A stretch of 42,027 nt of DNA from Candidatus Woesearchaeota archaeon (lineage in GTDB: Archaea; Nanobdellota; Nanobdellia; SCGC-AAA011-G17; ARS1403). Below, piece by piece: positions 17,173-26,043 of the stretch (the first letter of the stretch is position 1; the number at the start of each line of letters is the position of its first letter). The notes under the pieces were generated by a model. That model did no database searches. It was not told the origin of the DNA and saw nothing but the letters and a program-made list of their open reading frames with translations. The position numbers were made by a program, and so were the translations under genes. Location: the NCBI GenBank assembly GCA_964367085.1, contig CAYIWL010000002.1, forward strand, positions 1-42,027, in the 5' to 3' direction.

Positions 17173-19122
17173 TTAGGTTTCTTCTTGTTGCGACGCTGCA
17201 AATCTACCTCGCTCTGGGGTTGTTGCAGTTCCTGCGAGTTCTCTTGGAAGTTGCGCGAAACCTGGAGCGCCATATAAGTCAATGTATTTCTGCGGCATCA
17301 TTTCCCCAAATCCAGACATGTAATGCCCCTGTGTCTCCCACACGTTTTCCCAGCTTGGCCCCAAATTATCGCGGTACAGCGGGCTTTCTAAATGCGACAG
17401 TGCATAGAGATGAGGAACTTCCTTGAAATTAGCGACAAATTCTCCAGCTTCCACAATTGCCTTGATATTTCTTTTTTTCTCATCAGACAAACTATCTTCA
17501 ATTTCTTTCAGCTGCTCTTTTATATTTACCCAGCCTTCTCCTGGAGGAAGATGGCTGTCTTCAAAGCCAAAGTTATCTGTTAAATGAATATGAGAAACGT
17601 GCTTTCCTATTTTTGCTGCTTCTCTCTTAATGTCTTCGTCGCTGTAGCCGTATTTTTTCAGCATGTAGATGTGCCCGACATCCCATGTAACTCCGATTAT
17701 TTTATTTGCAATCTCTTCTGCTTTTTTTTCGCTGATGTTTAGCTTCTTGTCTTTGGTTAGTTCTTCCCTAAATTTTTTCTTCGCATCTTCAATTGTACCT
17801 TTCAGCGATTCTGCCCTTGACAGCGGGAATTCTGGATAAACATTTTCCATGGAAATTATAGGAGCTTTTTCCCCATATTTTTTGTAAGCATACAGCGCAG
17901 CTTCGGTTATCGAGCTTGAGACTTTTTCCTTTGCGAATTGATCAATTGGAACCCAAGTCTCTGGCGCAGGAAGTTCTTCCACAGCCCTTGCGATTATTTC
18001 TGATTGCTCGTAAGTAGTATCCTTGTAGATTTTTATCAGGTTCTTTCTTTCTTCTGTAAGCTCCTTGTGTTCCTTTTCATTTCTTACACTTTCCAACTTT
18101 TTCCTGTTACCTTCCAGCTCATTAAAAACTCGTTTAATTTTGTTTTCATCATCTCTCATTTTATTTATCACATGTTTAAACTGTTCTTCATGTTGTCCCT
18201 TTTCAAATTCATCCTCATCTGTGTTGAATTTCTTGTATCTATTGTACATATCCTCTGCCAGGGAGCGGATATGCGTATAAGTCTCCTCCCTGTAGTTATC
18301 AACTTTTTTCTCCTCTACACTTAGTTTAGCCAGCTCCGTTTTTTCTTCTTCTGTAAGCAATTTCTTATGTTCAGCATTTCTTAATATATCCAATTTTTGA
18401 TTGTTGATATTACCAAATCTATCCTGCACTTCGTTCATTTCCTTCTTCCACTGCATGATCCTGAGCTTTTCATCGTCCCAGGAAGTCCTGTTCAAATTTC
18501 CAATAGAGTATTCAGGAGACCATGCCATTTTCTTTCCAGAGATGTATTCTTTCTCGCGATACCTAAATGGCTGCATCTGGCCAGTATCTTGATTCACAGC
18601 AATCATCTCTGATCTTTGATCCTGAATTGGTTTCGCTCCTTCTTTTATTTCCCCTCCTTCGTGTAATCCTTCTTTCTGCCATTTCATTGCCGGAAATCCG
18701 CCTGCATGAACCGTTATCGGGATATTTCCCTTTTCGTCAAGTGCATGTGCTCGGTCAATCACAGATTTTAATTTCTCAACAGATTCTTTTCTTTCATAAT
18801 CATTCCATCCTTGTTGAGTAAATCCTGCCAAGTCTAAATCCTGAATTGGTGCATGTAGTGTTGCTTCTGCTCCAGTCAGTTTGTTTAGTCTTTTCATCTC
18901 TGTAAAATGCTTTAATGGAACTTGATCTAGAAGTCGCTGATTCATTGCTCCGATTTCAACTGCTCTTAATCCCTGATTCAATCTAGAAGTCAATTCTCCG
19001 ATCTGGTTGGGGGTTTGAGGAGAAGCAGTTGCCCCTATTAATCCCGCTTGTATTTTATCAGATGTAAAATAATATTTTGAATCCATCGATCCGGCGTATT
19101 CTTTTTTAAAAATATCAGCCAT
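17173..19122 (-). CDS. xylose-isomerase/endonuclease-IV-like TIM-barrel protein with a ~230-aa charged coiled-coil insertion
   Basis: N-terminal half: LRAVEIG.., ATLHAP.., IPITVHAGG. C-terminal half: PIISMEN, GVTWDVGHIYM, HIHLTDNFGFEDSHLPPGEGWV (AP_endonuc_2-type metal ligands). Roughly residues 150-420 are K/E-rich heptad-like sequence. Confidence 0.65.
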   Translation of the reverse strand: MADIFKKEYAGSMDSKYYFTSDKIQAGLIGATASPQTPNQIGELTSRLNQGLRAVEIGAMNQRLLDQVPLKHFTEMKRLNKLTGAEATLHAPIQDLDLAGFTQQGWNDYERKESVEKLKSVIDRAHALDEKGNIPITVHAGGFPAMKWQKEGLHEGGEIKEGAKPIQDQRSEMIAVNQDTGQMQPFRYREKEYISGKKMAWSPEYSIGNLNRTSWDDEKLRIMQWKKEMNEVQDRFGNINNQKLDILRNAEHKKLLTEEEKTELAKLSVEEKKVDNYREETYTHIRSLAEDMYNRYKKFNTDEDEFEKGQHEEQFKHVINKMRDDENKIKRVFNELEGNRKKLESVRNEKEHKELTEERKNLIKIYKDTTYEQSEIIARAVEELPAPETWVPIDQFAKEKVSSSITEAALYAYKKYGEKAPIISMENVYPEFPLSRAESLKGTIEDAKKKFREELTKDKKLNISEKKAEEIANKIIGVTWDVGHIYMLKKYGYSDEDIKREAAKIGKHVSHIHLTDNFGFEDSHLPPGEGWVNIKEQLKEIEDSLSDEKKRNIKAIVEAGEFVANFKEVPHLYALSHLESPLYRDNLGPSWENVWETQGHYMSGFGEMMPQKYIDLYGAPGFAQLPRELAGTATTPERGRFAASQQEET

Positions 19123-19768
19123 GGTAACTCTTTATTTCACTCCTCCCCCTTTTTGCTTGTTTCAAATCTGAGCTAAGCCCGGTCAAATCTTCCTTTACCA
19201 TCTCATCTCTCAAGCTATACTGCTGCATATTTAAATTATCCCTTGCATCCATATAGTCTTTCCTTTCGCCTGCTCTTTGTTGGATTGCATGCTTTGACTC
19301 TGCTGTCGTCGTAAATCCTGCTTTTGTTGTCAGTCCAGATGTTTCCAATGACCTTTGAAATTCTGACTTTGTTGTTATATAATCTGCTTTTATATTTGAG
19401 CCGTAATCCTCCGAATATCCGCGCTGCCTGCTTTTTTGCTGCTCTGATTGCAAAGGTGATTGAGGAAGATTTGATGTTGGAATGGTTGATCTTGCCCTTG
19501 ACTGATAATCAACTAATCTTTCTGTGCTTGTTTCTGGAAGTCTTGCTCTCGGAATGCTCATTGCAATATGCTCTAGTGATGGAATATTTGAAGCTGTTTT
19601 TATTTCACTTTTTTTTCCTTCTGGTTTTTTGCTTTTCTTTTCTTTATCAATCAGTTTTTCTATTTCTTTTTTCAGTTCTTTATCATTTGTTTTCTTTAAT
19701 TCTTTTTCCAAATACTCTAGAGGATTCTTTTCTTTCTTGAGCTGCTCCAGAATTACTCTAATACTCAT
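19115..19768 (-). CDS. hypothetical protein, K/E-rich N-terminus and S/T/Q-rich low-complexity body
   Basis: 217-aa ORF. An 8-nt overlap with the downstream TIM-barrel gene suggests translational coupling. Confidence 0.45.
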   Translation of the reverse strand: MSIRVILEQLKKEKNPLEYLEKELKKTNDKELKKEIEKLIDKEKKSKKPEGKKSEIKTASNIPSLEHIAMSIPRARLPETSTERLVDYQSRARSTIPTSNLPQSPLQSEQQKSRQRGYSEDYGSNIKADYITTKSEFQRSLETSGLTTKAGFTTTAESKHAIQQRAGERKDYMDARDNLNMQQYSLRDEMVKEDLTGLSSDLKQAKRGRSEIKSYHG

Positions 19769-19818
19769 ACATAGATAAAATGAAAAGGCTTATTTAAAAT
19801 TATCTGAACCATGCTGGA

Positions 19819-21546
19819 TCATTCAGTAACCATGCCATGAGATTTCTTATATACGAGATAAATCTGGTATGCACTCCTTACAGATGCTTTCTTTGCTTCA
19901 TCTCTTGCCAACTTTCCAATCCAATTAAGATCTGGCTTTGGCTTGAATAATGATTGTAGCGGGTCGAAGATTTCTTTCGTTCCTTTTGATAATGAAGTTA
20001 GAATGTTTTCTTCTTTAGGCTTTAATTTCTTCATGATGTCTTTAATCTCTTTCTTATATTTCTCTATTGCTTTCTTATCTGACACGCTATTTATCAGCTG
20101 CTCTAATCTTTTTATTTTTTCTTCTGGGTCTTCTGTCTCTTTCTCTTCCTGCTCAAGATATTTTGCTATTTCATCCTGCATTGATTCAAGCGAATCTTTT
20201 GTCATGCTCTCAATTAATTCTAGACCTTGATATAATTCTTCTTTTTCAACTGCATTAACCTCATCTTCATCTAAACCGAAACCACGGAATTTTACATTTA
20301 CTCTTCCTCCTTGGGTGTAATGGTAGCCAGATTCTGATCTTGAAGTACTATGCGGGATAGTTCTATAAGTCATCGTAACTTCAACGCAAGAATAAATCTT
20401 CTTCGGCAGTTTAATATTGGCAAATTTATTCTTTGTAAATATGTAATTAGATGACGTTTTCGGGAGTACATCAGAAGGTCTCATTTCTTTCTTTCCAAAT
20501 AAACTGACTTGAAGCTGCATGTTGTTGAAAATAGAAACCAAATCCGCTGTCCTGTAGTCAGTAGACATTAACTGCTGTGCTGCTTTTAAATAAGGTCTAG
20601 CCCACTGAGAATAAAGTTTTAGAGAATTTACCTGCGATTTCAGATATGCTCTTTCTATTTTATATCTTCTTGTTAACTCTGTTTCTGATAATTTTTCCCA
20701 GGCGAGATATTCCTGTATTCTCGGAGCTAGAATTCTTTTAACCCTGTCATTTAAATCCATGCCTTCTCTTTTATCATCGCCCATAACCTCTTCTACTGAG
20801 TCTGCTGCCATGAACGCATCTCTTAAAGTTACAAATTGAAGCTGCTGAGCCATCATGTTTATGCTTCCTCTTCCTCTTTGGATATCAACTCTGTCCATCC
20901 AAACCTGCTTCAAGGATAATCTTGCATTATTTTTTTCTAAATCGTCATATGATTTTAGTTTTTTGTATAAATCTAATCTTTGATCAAATTCTTTCAAATC
21001 GTAGAGAATATTTATTATTGACCTTACCACTGAATTTATTGTTGTGAGCATCTTCATTGCCCTGTCCTGCATTATTGAAGCCCTTGTTCCTAAGTCTCCA
21101 AAGAACCCAGAGCCAACTGCTCCCTGAAATTCGTCTAATGTTTTCTTAACTTCCAATCCCGTCCCCCAGTAATTGTCGCGCATGTAATCGACTATCCAGA
21201 AATAAACCGGCTCCAAACCTTCTGAGAACGAGTCGTAAATTAATAAATATCCCGACTTGCCGTCGATAAAGCTTCCTAATCCTGATAGATCTGAAGGGGT
21301 CTTTTCACCAATTGAATAACCCATCTTTGTCGGGCCTATATCTATGTCTGCACTTGACTCTAAAGGAAGTGTGTTCTTTATTGCTGCTACGATTTTTGCA
21401 TCTCTTTCTTCTGAAGGAAGATTTTTGTATTTCTTGCTGTAATGTCTTATCAACGCTCTTTTAACTGTTGATTCTCCGAACTGTCTTTCATCTAGTTTTT
21501 CCAGCTCTTTTTGCCTTTGTTTTTCTGAAGAATCATCATCTGGCAT
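19819..21546 (-). CDS. large hypothetical protein, first gene of a three-gene operon
   Basis: 575-aa uninterrupted ORF with a globular-looking core (EPVYFWIVDYMRDNYWGTG.., TTINSVVRSIINILYDLKEF, ERAYLKSQVNSLKLYSQWARPYLKAA) and a charged C-terminal tail. No family recognised. Confidence 0.6.
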   Translation of the reverse strand: MPDDDSSEKQRQKELEKLDERQFGESTVKRALIRHYSKKYKNLPSEERDAKIVAAIKNTLPLESSADIDIGPTKMGYSIGEKTPSDLSGLGSFIDGKSGYLLIYDSFSEGLEPVYFWIVDYMRDNYWGTGLEVKKTLDEFQGAVGSGFFGDLGTRASIMQDRAMKMLTTINSVVRSIINILYDLKEFDQRLDLYKKLKSYDDLEKNNARLSLKQVWMDRVDIQRGRGSINMMAQQLQFVTLRDAFMAADSVEEVMGDDKREGMDLNDRVKRILAPRIQEYLAWEKLSETELTRRYKIERAYLKSQVNSLKLYSQWARPYLKAAQQLMSTDYRTADLVSIFNNMQLQVSLFGKKEMRPSDVLPKTSSNYIFTKNKFANIKLPKKIYSCVEVTMTYRTIPHSTSRSESGYHYTQGGRVNVKFRGFGLDEDEVNAVEKEELYQGLELIESMTKDSLESMQDEIAKYLEQEEKETEDPEEKIKRLEQLINSVSDKKAIEKYKKEIKDIMKKLKPKEENILTSLSKGTKEIFDPLQSLFKPKPDLNWIGKLARDEAKKASVRSAYQIYLVYKKSHGMVTE

Positions 21547-21607
21547 AATCCTGCTAATGCCTGTTTCTATAAAAACTTTTTTATATTAGAAGTGTCTTGG
21601 ATTTATC

Positions 21608-21955
21608 ATGGGAATTTTTAATTGGCTTAGGTCACGCAAAAAAAATGAGGATGATAGCGAGGAGCAGGCTTATAATGAAGACTTGGATGATGTAAAGACT
21701 GAAGTTCCTCCCTGGAGCAGGGGATATGAAGAAAAATTTCAGCAACGCCAAAATAGAACTGATAGATTTTCAGATGCTGGAAGAGAATGGGGGCAGGCGC
21801 AACAGCCTATGCAGCAATCTTCAGGAAGCAATGAGATTATTCTTGCTAAGCTTGATGTCATAAGCGCCAAACTTGATAATTTGAACCAAAGGCTTGCTAA
21901 TCTTGAAAGATATGCGGTTGATGATGAAAAAGATAAAAGCCGAGCACGATGGTGA
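21608..21955 (+). CDS. hypothetical protein with C-terminal coiled coil, overlapping lspA
   Basis: 115-aa ORF. ATGGTGA overlap with the lspA start. LAKLDVISAKLDNLNQRLANLERY heptads. Confidence 0.45.
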   Translation: MGIFNWLRSRKKNEDDSEEQAYNEDLDDVKTEVPPWSRGYEEKFQQRQNRTDRFSDAGREWGQAQQPMQQSSGSNEIILAKLDVISAKLDNLNQRLANLERYAVDDEKDKSRARW

Positions 21956-22344
21956 AAAAATTATTTGCAATTTCTCTTTTTGTTGTTATTCTCGATAGGA
22001 TTCTTAAGTTTTATTTCCTTGACCTTGAAAATGAATTTTTTATATTTAAGTACAGCTTGAACACTGGTGCTGCTTTTGGATTACTCCCTGGCTGGAATAA
22101 TTTTCTGATAGTCTTTAGCGTTATTGTTGTTGCATTTATCCTTTATCATAGGAAGAATAAAAAACTGGAAGCTGGAATGGGATTTTTACTAGGAGGAACT
22201 ATAAGTAATTTAATTGACCGGATCTTTTATCATGGCGTTGTAGACTACATTCACATTGACTTTTTGAATAACATATTTAATCTTGCTGACGTTGCTAACC
22301 TTATTGGAGCGGGGATTTTAGCTTATTATTTTTGGAAGGAATAA
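21949..22344 (+). CDS. lspA: lipoprotein signal peptidase (signal peptidase II)
   Basis: NTGAAFGLL, GGTISNLIDRI and VVDYIHIDF..IFNLADVAN: all LspA boxes, including both catalytic Asp positions. Four hydrophobic segments. Confidence 0.85.
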   Translation: MVKKLFAISLFVVILDRILKFYFLDLENEFFIFKYSLNTGAAFGLLPGWNNFLIVFSVIVVAFILYHRKNKKLEAGMGFLLGGTISNLIDRIFYHGVVDYIHIDFLNNIFNLADVANLIGAGILAYYFWKE

Positions 22345-22374
22345 CCTTAAAAACTTAGATTATTGCGATAATTT

Positions 22375-22575
22375 ATGGGAGAAGCAGTACCCTTAGAGAA
22401 TACTTTGGATCTCAAATTTGAAAACAAAGAGCAAGAGTTTAGATTTAGTAGGGTGGTATACGATGTACTTAATGACAGAGGGTGGTGTTATGAGCATAGA
22501 ATAGATTATGTTCAACCCGATGTTAGAAAAGTTGAACAAATTGTGTATCGTGAACTGTTTTTGAAATCAGTTTAG
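22375..22575 (+). CDS. small hypothetical protein
   Basis: 66-aa ORF in an otherwise empty interval. No family recognised. Confidence 0.35.
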   Translation: MGEAVPLENTLDLKFENKEQEFRFSRVVYDVLNDRGWCYEHRIDYVQPDVRKVEQIVYRELFLKSV

Positions 22576-22579
22576 TAGT

Positions 22580-23017
22580 TTAATTTTTTAGCCTTCTTTC
22601 TTTTGGAACAAAATTAAGTACCTTTCCTTCCTTGTATTTTCCAGTGCCGTAAAAATCGTTGTTGTTTTTTATCAGCACAAAGCCTTCAAATTCTTTATTT
22701 GTTTCTATGTCTCTTCCTCGAATCCAATTGTGCAGTTGCTCTTCATTGACTTCAAGAATGTTTTTTTTAGAGTTAGGACCGATTAGCTGTGAGCCCTCTA
22801 TAGTTAATCTTATTTCATTTTCAACGTTTGCAAAATATAATCCTAGAGAATTAATTCTTATCTTTGAGAGATCTATTTCTAAATCTTTATTGAAGATGAA
22901 TACTTTCTTATCCTGGTTTATGAAAAAATTATAATCTAAACTTCCTGAAAAACTGAATTGATCCTGCAGCTGCTTTAACAGAATTTTTCTTTCTTTGTTT
23001 GAGATGAGTTTTAGCAT
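22580..23017 (-). CDS. Nip7-like pre-PUA/PUA domain protein (ribosome biogenesis factor homologue)
   Basis: SLGLYFANVENEIRLTIEGSQLIG.., ..GFVLIKNNNDFYGTGKYKEGKVLNFVPKERRL matches the archaeal Nip7/UPF0113 plus PUA pattern. Confidence 0.7.
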   Translation of the reverse strand: MLKLISNKERKILLKQLQDQFSFSGSLDYNFFINQDKKVFIFNKDLEIDLSKIRINSLGLYFANVENEIRLTIEGSQLIGPNSKKNILEVNEEQLHNWIRGRDIETNKEFEGFVLIKNNNDFYGTGKYKEGKVLNFVPKERRLKN

Positions 23018-23523
23018 TTTCTAATTGTTTCCTGTTTTAAATCCAGCAAATCAATAAATCCTTTTCTGTAATCTGTAATTTCTTCATTATTAGTTTTTGA
23101 TATAAAATCAATTATCTTACTATTAAAAATTTCGGCTTTTCTTACCGTGTCTTCGACTTCTCTTTTTGATATAGTAAAATCGATGTAATACTGTTTGTCT
23201 ACTCTTTCTGTTTTTGCATTGAAGATTTCCTTATTATCCAATAGAAATACTTCTTTCAATAAAATTATTGAGGCAGAATGATTTTCTGATTTTATGCCTA
23301 CTTTAAAGAGTAATGCCAGGAGTAGGTAATACATACTATAATATGCAAGCCCGACAGATTCTTCAAGCTTGTCATTACTAAGCAGTATTTTGGCAGAAGA
23401 AAGATTGCTTTCTGATTTCTTGATGTAGGATTCTTTTATCTCCTCGCTTGGTTCAACTAGTTGTAGTTTCCCTTCTTTGCTGAGTTTAATCAAAAACCCT
23501 ATTTTTTTCATAATAGTATTCAA
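23011..23523 (-). CDS. HEPN domain protein
   Basis: Helical 170-aa protein (SNLSSAKILLSNDKLEESVGLAYYSMYYLLLALLFKVGIKSENHSASI). Overlaps the upstream NTase gene; the true start may be an internal Met. Confidence 0.7.
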   Translation of the reverse strand: MNTIMKKIGFLIKLSKEGKLQLVEPSEEIKESYIKKSESNLSSAKILLSNDKLEESVGLAYYSMYYLLLALLFKVGIKSENHSASIILLKEVFLLDNKEIFNAKTERVDKQYYIDFTISKREVEDTVRKAEIFNSKIIDFISKTNNEEITDYRKGFIDLLDLKQETIRKC

Positions 23524-24043
23524 CGCCTTTTATTATGACATGATTCTTTTCGATTTCTCTAATTAATGGATCTGATTTATCATACTCTCCGATTTTTATG
23601 CTTAACTTTGAACTAATTGAACTTAAGTCCTCTTTTATCACTTTATCCTTTGTCTCAATATAAACATCAATATCGCTCTCCTGCTTTGCTAAACCTTTAG
23701 CATATGAACCAAATAAGATAGCAAGTTTTATCCTTTTGTCTTCTTGTATTTTTTCTATAATTCTTCGTAGATTAGGATATTTTTTAAGTAGTTTATTTAA
23801 CTTGTAATTCTCAGAAGAGAGGATATAACTCCTTGCCTCGATCGTTTTCTTCAAGAAATATTTTTTGTTTTTTCCTTCTGTTTTGTAATCAACTACGTTC
23901 TCGGCTTGCAATTCTTTCATCTTCCTTGCAATAGCCATGTGATTTGTATTTAGCTTCTTTGCAATTCCTCTTATGTGATTGTCATTGCTGATTAGTTCAT
24001 TGATAATTTCCATTTTGTAACTTTTTTGTTTCATATGTAACAT
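23486..24043 (-). CDS. HTH-fused minimal nucleotidyltransferase (MNT)
   Basis: N-terminal HTH (IRGIAKKLNTNHMAIARKMKELQAENVV) plus LFGSYAKGLAKQESDIDVYIET. Second copy of the wHTH-MNT/HEPN pair in the window. Confidence 0.75.
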   Translation of the reverse strand: MLHMKQKSYKMEIINELISNDNHIRGIAKKLNTNHMAIARKMKELQAENVVDYKTEGKNKKYFLKKTIEARSYILSSENYKLNKLLKKYPNLRRIIEKIQEDKRIKLAILFGSYAKGLAKQESDIDVYIETKDKVIKEDLSSISSKLSIKIGEYDKSDPLIREIEKNHVIIKGVEYYYEKNRVFD

Positions 24044-24121
24044 TTATGTTCCAATTCTATTTAAGCTTTTCGTTGTTGGATATATGGTCTAGTCTAACTT
24101 TGTATTAATAAACTTAGGAAT

Positions 24122-24373
24122 TCAAGCAATTCTCTCATCAAGCTTTATTCCTTTTTCTTTTCTCATCTTTTCCTGGAATTCTCTTGCCTGTTTTTCTAAA
24201 TCAACTCCAAGCTTTTTCAAGGATTCGTTATGTGCTTGAATTAATTGCTCTACTATGTTTACTATTTTTAATAGTTCTTCTCTTTCCTTTGCTAGGGTTG
24301 CGATTGATCCTTTATGGAATCCTATCTGCTCGTCCTTGCTCATCTCTTGTTCTTTTGCCATTTTATCCTCCAA
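24122..24373 (-). CDS. small coiled-coil hypothetical protein
   Basis: 83-aa K/E-rich helical ORF, 10 nt downstream of the preceding gene. Confidence 0.45.
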   Translation of the reverse strand: MEDKMAKEQEMSKDEQIGFHKGSIATLAKEREELLKIVNIVEQLIQAHNESLKKLGVDLEKQAREFQEKMRKEKGIKLDERIA

Positions 24374-24383
24374 TAAATTATTT

Positions 24384-25070
24384 TCATCTCAAAATTGATT
24401 CAAGTTTTTCGTGCTTTGCCTTTTCAGGTTGATTAATTAGATGATCGTATAGTTCTCCAACTATCTCGCTTTTCTTGTTTCTAATCAAAGACTCATCCTC
24501 TTCGGTTGTAATCGGAACTTGATTATCTTCATTGTCTCTTACAGCTATTGATGTAATGTTTTCAGTTATTCCCTCAAACGACATCCCTAAATAACTGCGA
24601 TCATTTGTTACTTCTATGGATAGCATATCAAAGTGTGGATCTGCTTTTATGCGATCGAATCCTGGATAATCCTCGTTTATATTAAATAAGGTAACTTTGT
24701 AATTATTTTTGTCTATGAGAAAAGTCATCTCTTTTGTATGCCCCAAGTATCCTTGATTTGAAAGAGAGTTTCCTTCATCCTCTACAACTTCAGCTATGTC
24801 TCTTAATCTTTTTGTGAGAGGAGTTTCTTCTGGTCTATGATCTGAAGGAGTTAATCTTACGAAGAGTCCATTTATAAAAGCCCATTCAAAAAGTTTTGCC
24901 TCTCTTACATCATGATCCGATACTAGATAAATTGTTGAATCCTCTACGATTTTAGAGTATACTGGGCATTTAACTTCCGGCTGATTTGAATTTAAGTATT
25001 GTCCTTTAGCAGGTAGAGCATATAATGCCCCTGCTAATATTGCAGCTGCTAAATTTTTCATCACGTTCAT
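24384..25070 (-). CDS. secreted hypothetical protein
   Basis: Sec-type signal peptide MNVMKNLAAAILAGALYALPAKGQ. Start lies 1 nt after the receiver gene stop. Confidence 0.5.
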   Translation of the reverse strand: MNVMKNLAAAILAGALYALPAKGQYLNSNQPEVKCPVYSKIVEDSTIYLVSDHDVREAKLFEWAFINGLFVRLTPSDHRPEETPLTKRLRDIAEVVEDEGNSLSNQGYLGHTKEMTFLIDKNNYKVTLFNINEDYPGFDRIKADPHFDMLSIEVTNDRSYLGMSFEGITENITSIAVRDNEDNQVPITTEEDESLIRNKKSEIVGELYDHLINQPEKAKHEKLESILR

Positions 25071-25071
25071 T

Positions 25072-25431
25072 TTATCCTCCTAAGTGTTGTTTTAACATTT
25101 CTTCTAAATCGTCTAATTTGTATGGTTTTGATAAATAATCATTAGCACCTGCACCTAACATGGCGTCTCTGTTATCTAAGCCACTGACTGCAATAATTGG
25201 AGTGTTTCTATATTCTTGATATTCTCTGACTTTCTGACATAATGAGATTCCATCCATTTCAGGCATATTAGTATCTGTGATTATTAAATCCGGATTATAT
25301 CCAGCTAATTTTTCTAATGCATCTTTTCCATTTTCAGCGGTTCTTACTTCGTACCCTAAGGATGTCACTAGGATCTTACATAAGTTTCTAATCTGCTCAT
25401 CATCATCTACAATTAATATTTTTTTTGCCAT
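25072..25431 (-). CDS. single-domain response regulator (CheY-like receiver)
   Basis: ILIVDDDE acidic pocket, phospho-acceptor in LIITDTNMPEMDG, AVSG, LSKPY: a complete receiver-domain signature with no output domain. Confidence 0.85.
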   Translation of the reverse strand: MAKKILIVDDDEQIRNLCKILVTSLGYEVRTAENGKDALEKLAGYNPDLIITDTNMPEMDGISLCQKVREYQEYRNTPIIAVSGLDNRDAMLGAGANDYLSKPYKLDDLEEMLKQHLGG

Positions 25432-25433
25432 GT

Positions 25434-26042
25434 TTATTCCATAGGCAAGACTTCAATGTCTAAACCTCTCCTTTTTAAATCTTCATTAAATCTTTTATGA
25501 TTCTTTGGTGTGTATAATCTTGTTGCATACTTCAAATCTAATTCTCTTGGGACAAGCAACATACTCCCATTCCTTTCACTAAGCCCATTTCTTAACAATC
25601 CTTTTGGAACATGAAGTTCAAAAACTCCTGTATCTTGAGATTGACTTAAGTTTGATGTAATGTGTCCAACCGCTGTCATGTAAGAGGGGGTTAAAAAAAT
25701 AAAAAGTCTTCTTTCGAGTTCCTTATAGTCTATTTGTTTAATGTTATCCTGAAGATACTGAACGCCTAAATCCGCTAGCTCTTCATCAGACCAAGGTTTT
25801 TTTTCTTGGTTTTCCTCTCGAGCTATTGTCCTTTTACCTACCTCTGCGATTTCTTTTACTAGACTTCTATAGTCTTCTAGCTGCTTTTGATATACTCGTT
25901 CAATTGCGACTGCCCACTCCGGTCTTGGATCAATTGGGATCATTGTAAAACAGAACAGTTTTCCTGCCTCTAAAACTCTCTCCAAGTTGCGGGTTCCGTG
26001 AAAACAATTAATCCTTTCATTAGCTTCTACTTGTTCTGTCAT
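25434..26042 (-). CDS. hypothetical protein
   Basis: 202-aa ORF, tightly coupled on both sides (TAAAATG with the upstream small ORF; 2-nt gap to the receiver). Confidence 0.5.
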   Translation of the reverse strand: MTEQVEANERINCFHGTRNLERVLEAGKLFCFTMIPIDPRPEWAVAIERVYQKQLEDYRSLVKEIAEVGKRTIAREENQEKKPWSDEELADLGVQYLQDNIKQIDYKELERRLFIFLTPSYMTAVGHITSNLSQSQDTGVFELHVPKGLLRNGLSERNGSMLLVPRELDLKYATRLYTPKNHKRFNEDLKRRGLDIEVLPME

Positions 26043-26043
26043 T

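Noticed and set aside
17002-20258. Plus-strand ORFs antisense to the 16303-21546 genes (17002-17277, 17163-17426, 17392-17583, 18004-18324, 18065-18280, 18397-18612, 18401-18592, 18567-18821, 19324-19740, 19524-19778, 19943-20230, 20067-20258).
   Set aside because: They are mirror-strand artefacts of K/E-rich coding sequence (F/L/S-rich products). Several overlap each other in different frames, and the minus-strand ORFs are far longer and carry motifs.
17173-21546. Provirus or virion-structural module interpretation of the three-gene operon.
   Set aside because: No terminase, portal, capsid-fold hallmark, integrase or att-like repeats could be recognised nearby. This cannot be excluded without structure-based searches.
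25434-26042. Possible ADP-ribosyltransferase-like H-Y-E pattern (CFHGT .. PSYMT .. FELHV) in the 202-aa operon protein.
   Set aside because: The motif spacing is atypical (about 100 aa between the first two elements) and each element is short enough to arise by chance. The idea is kept only as something to test by structure prediction.
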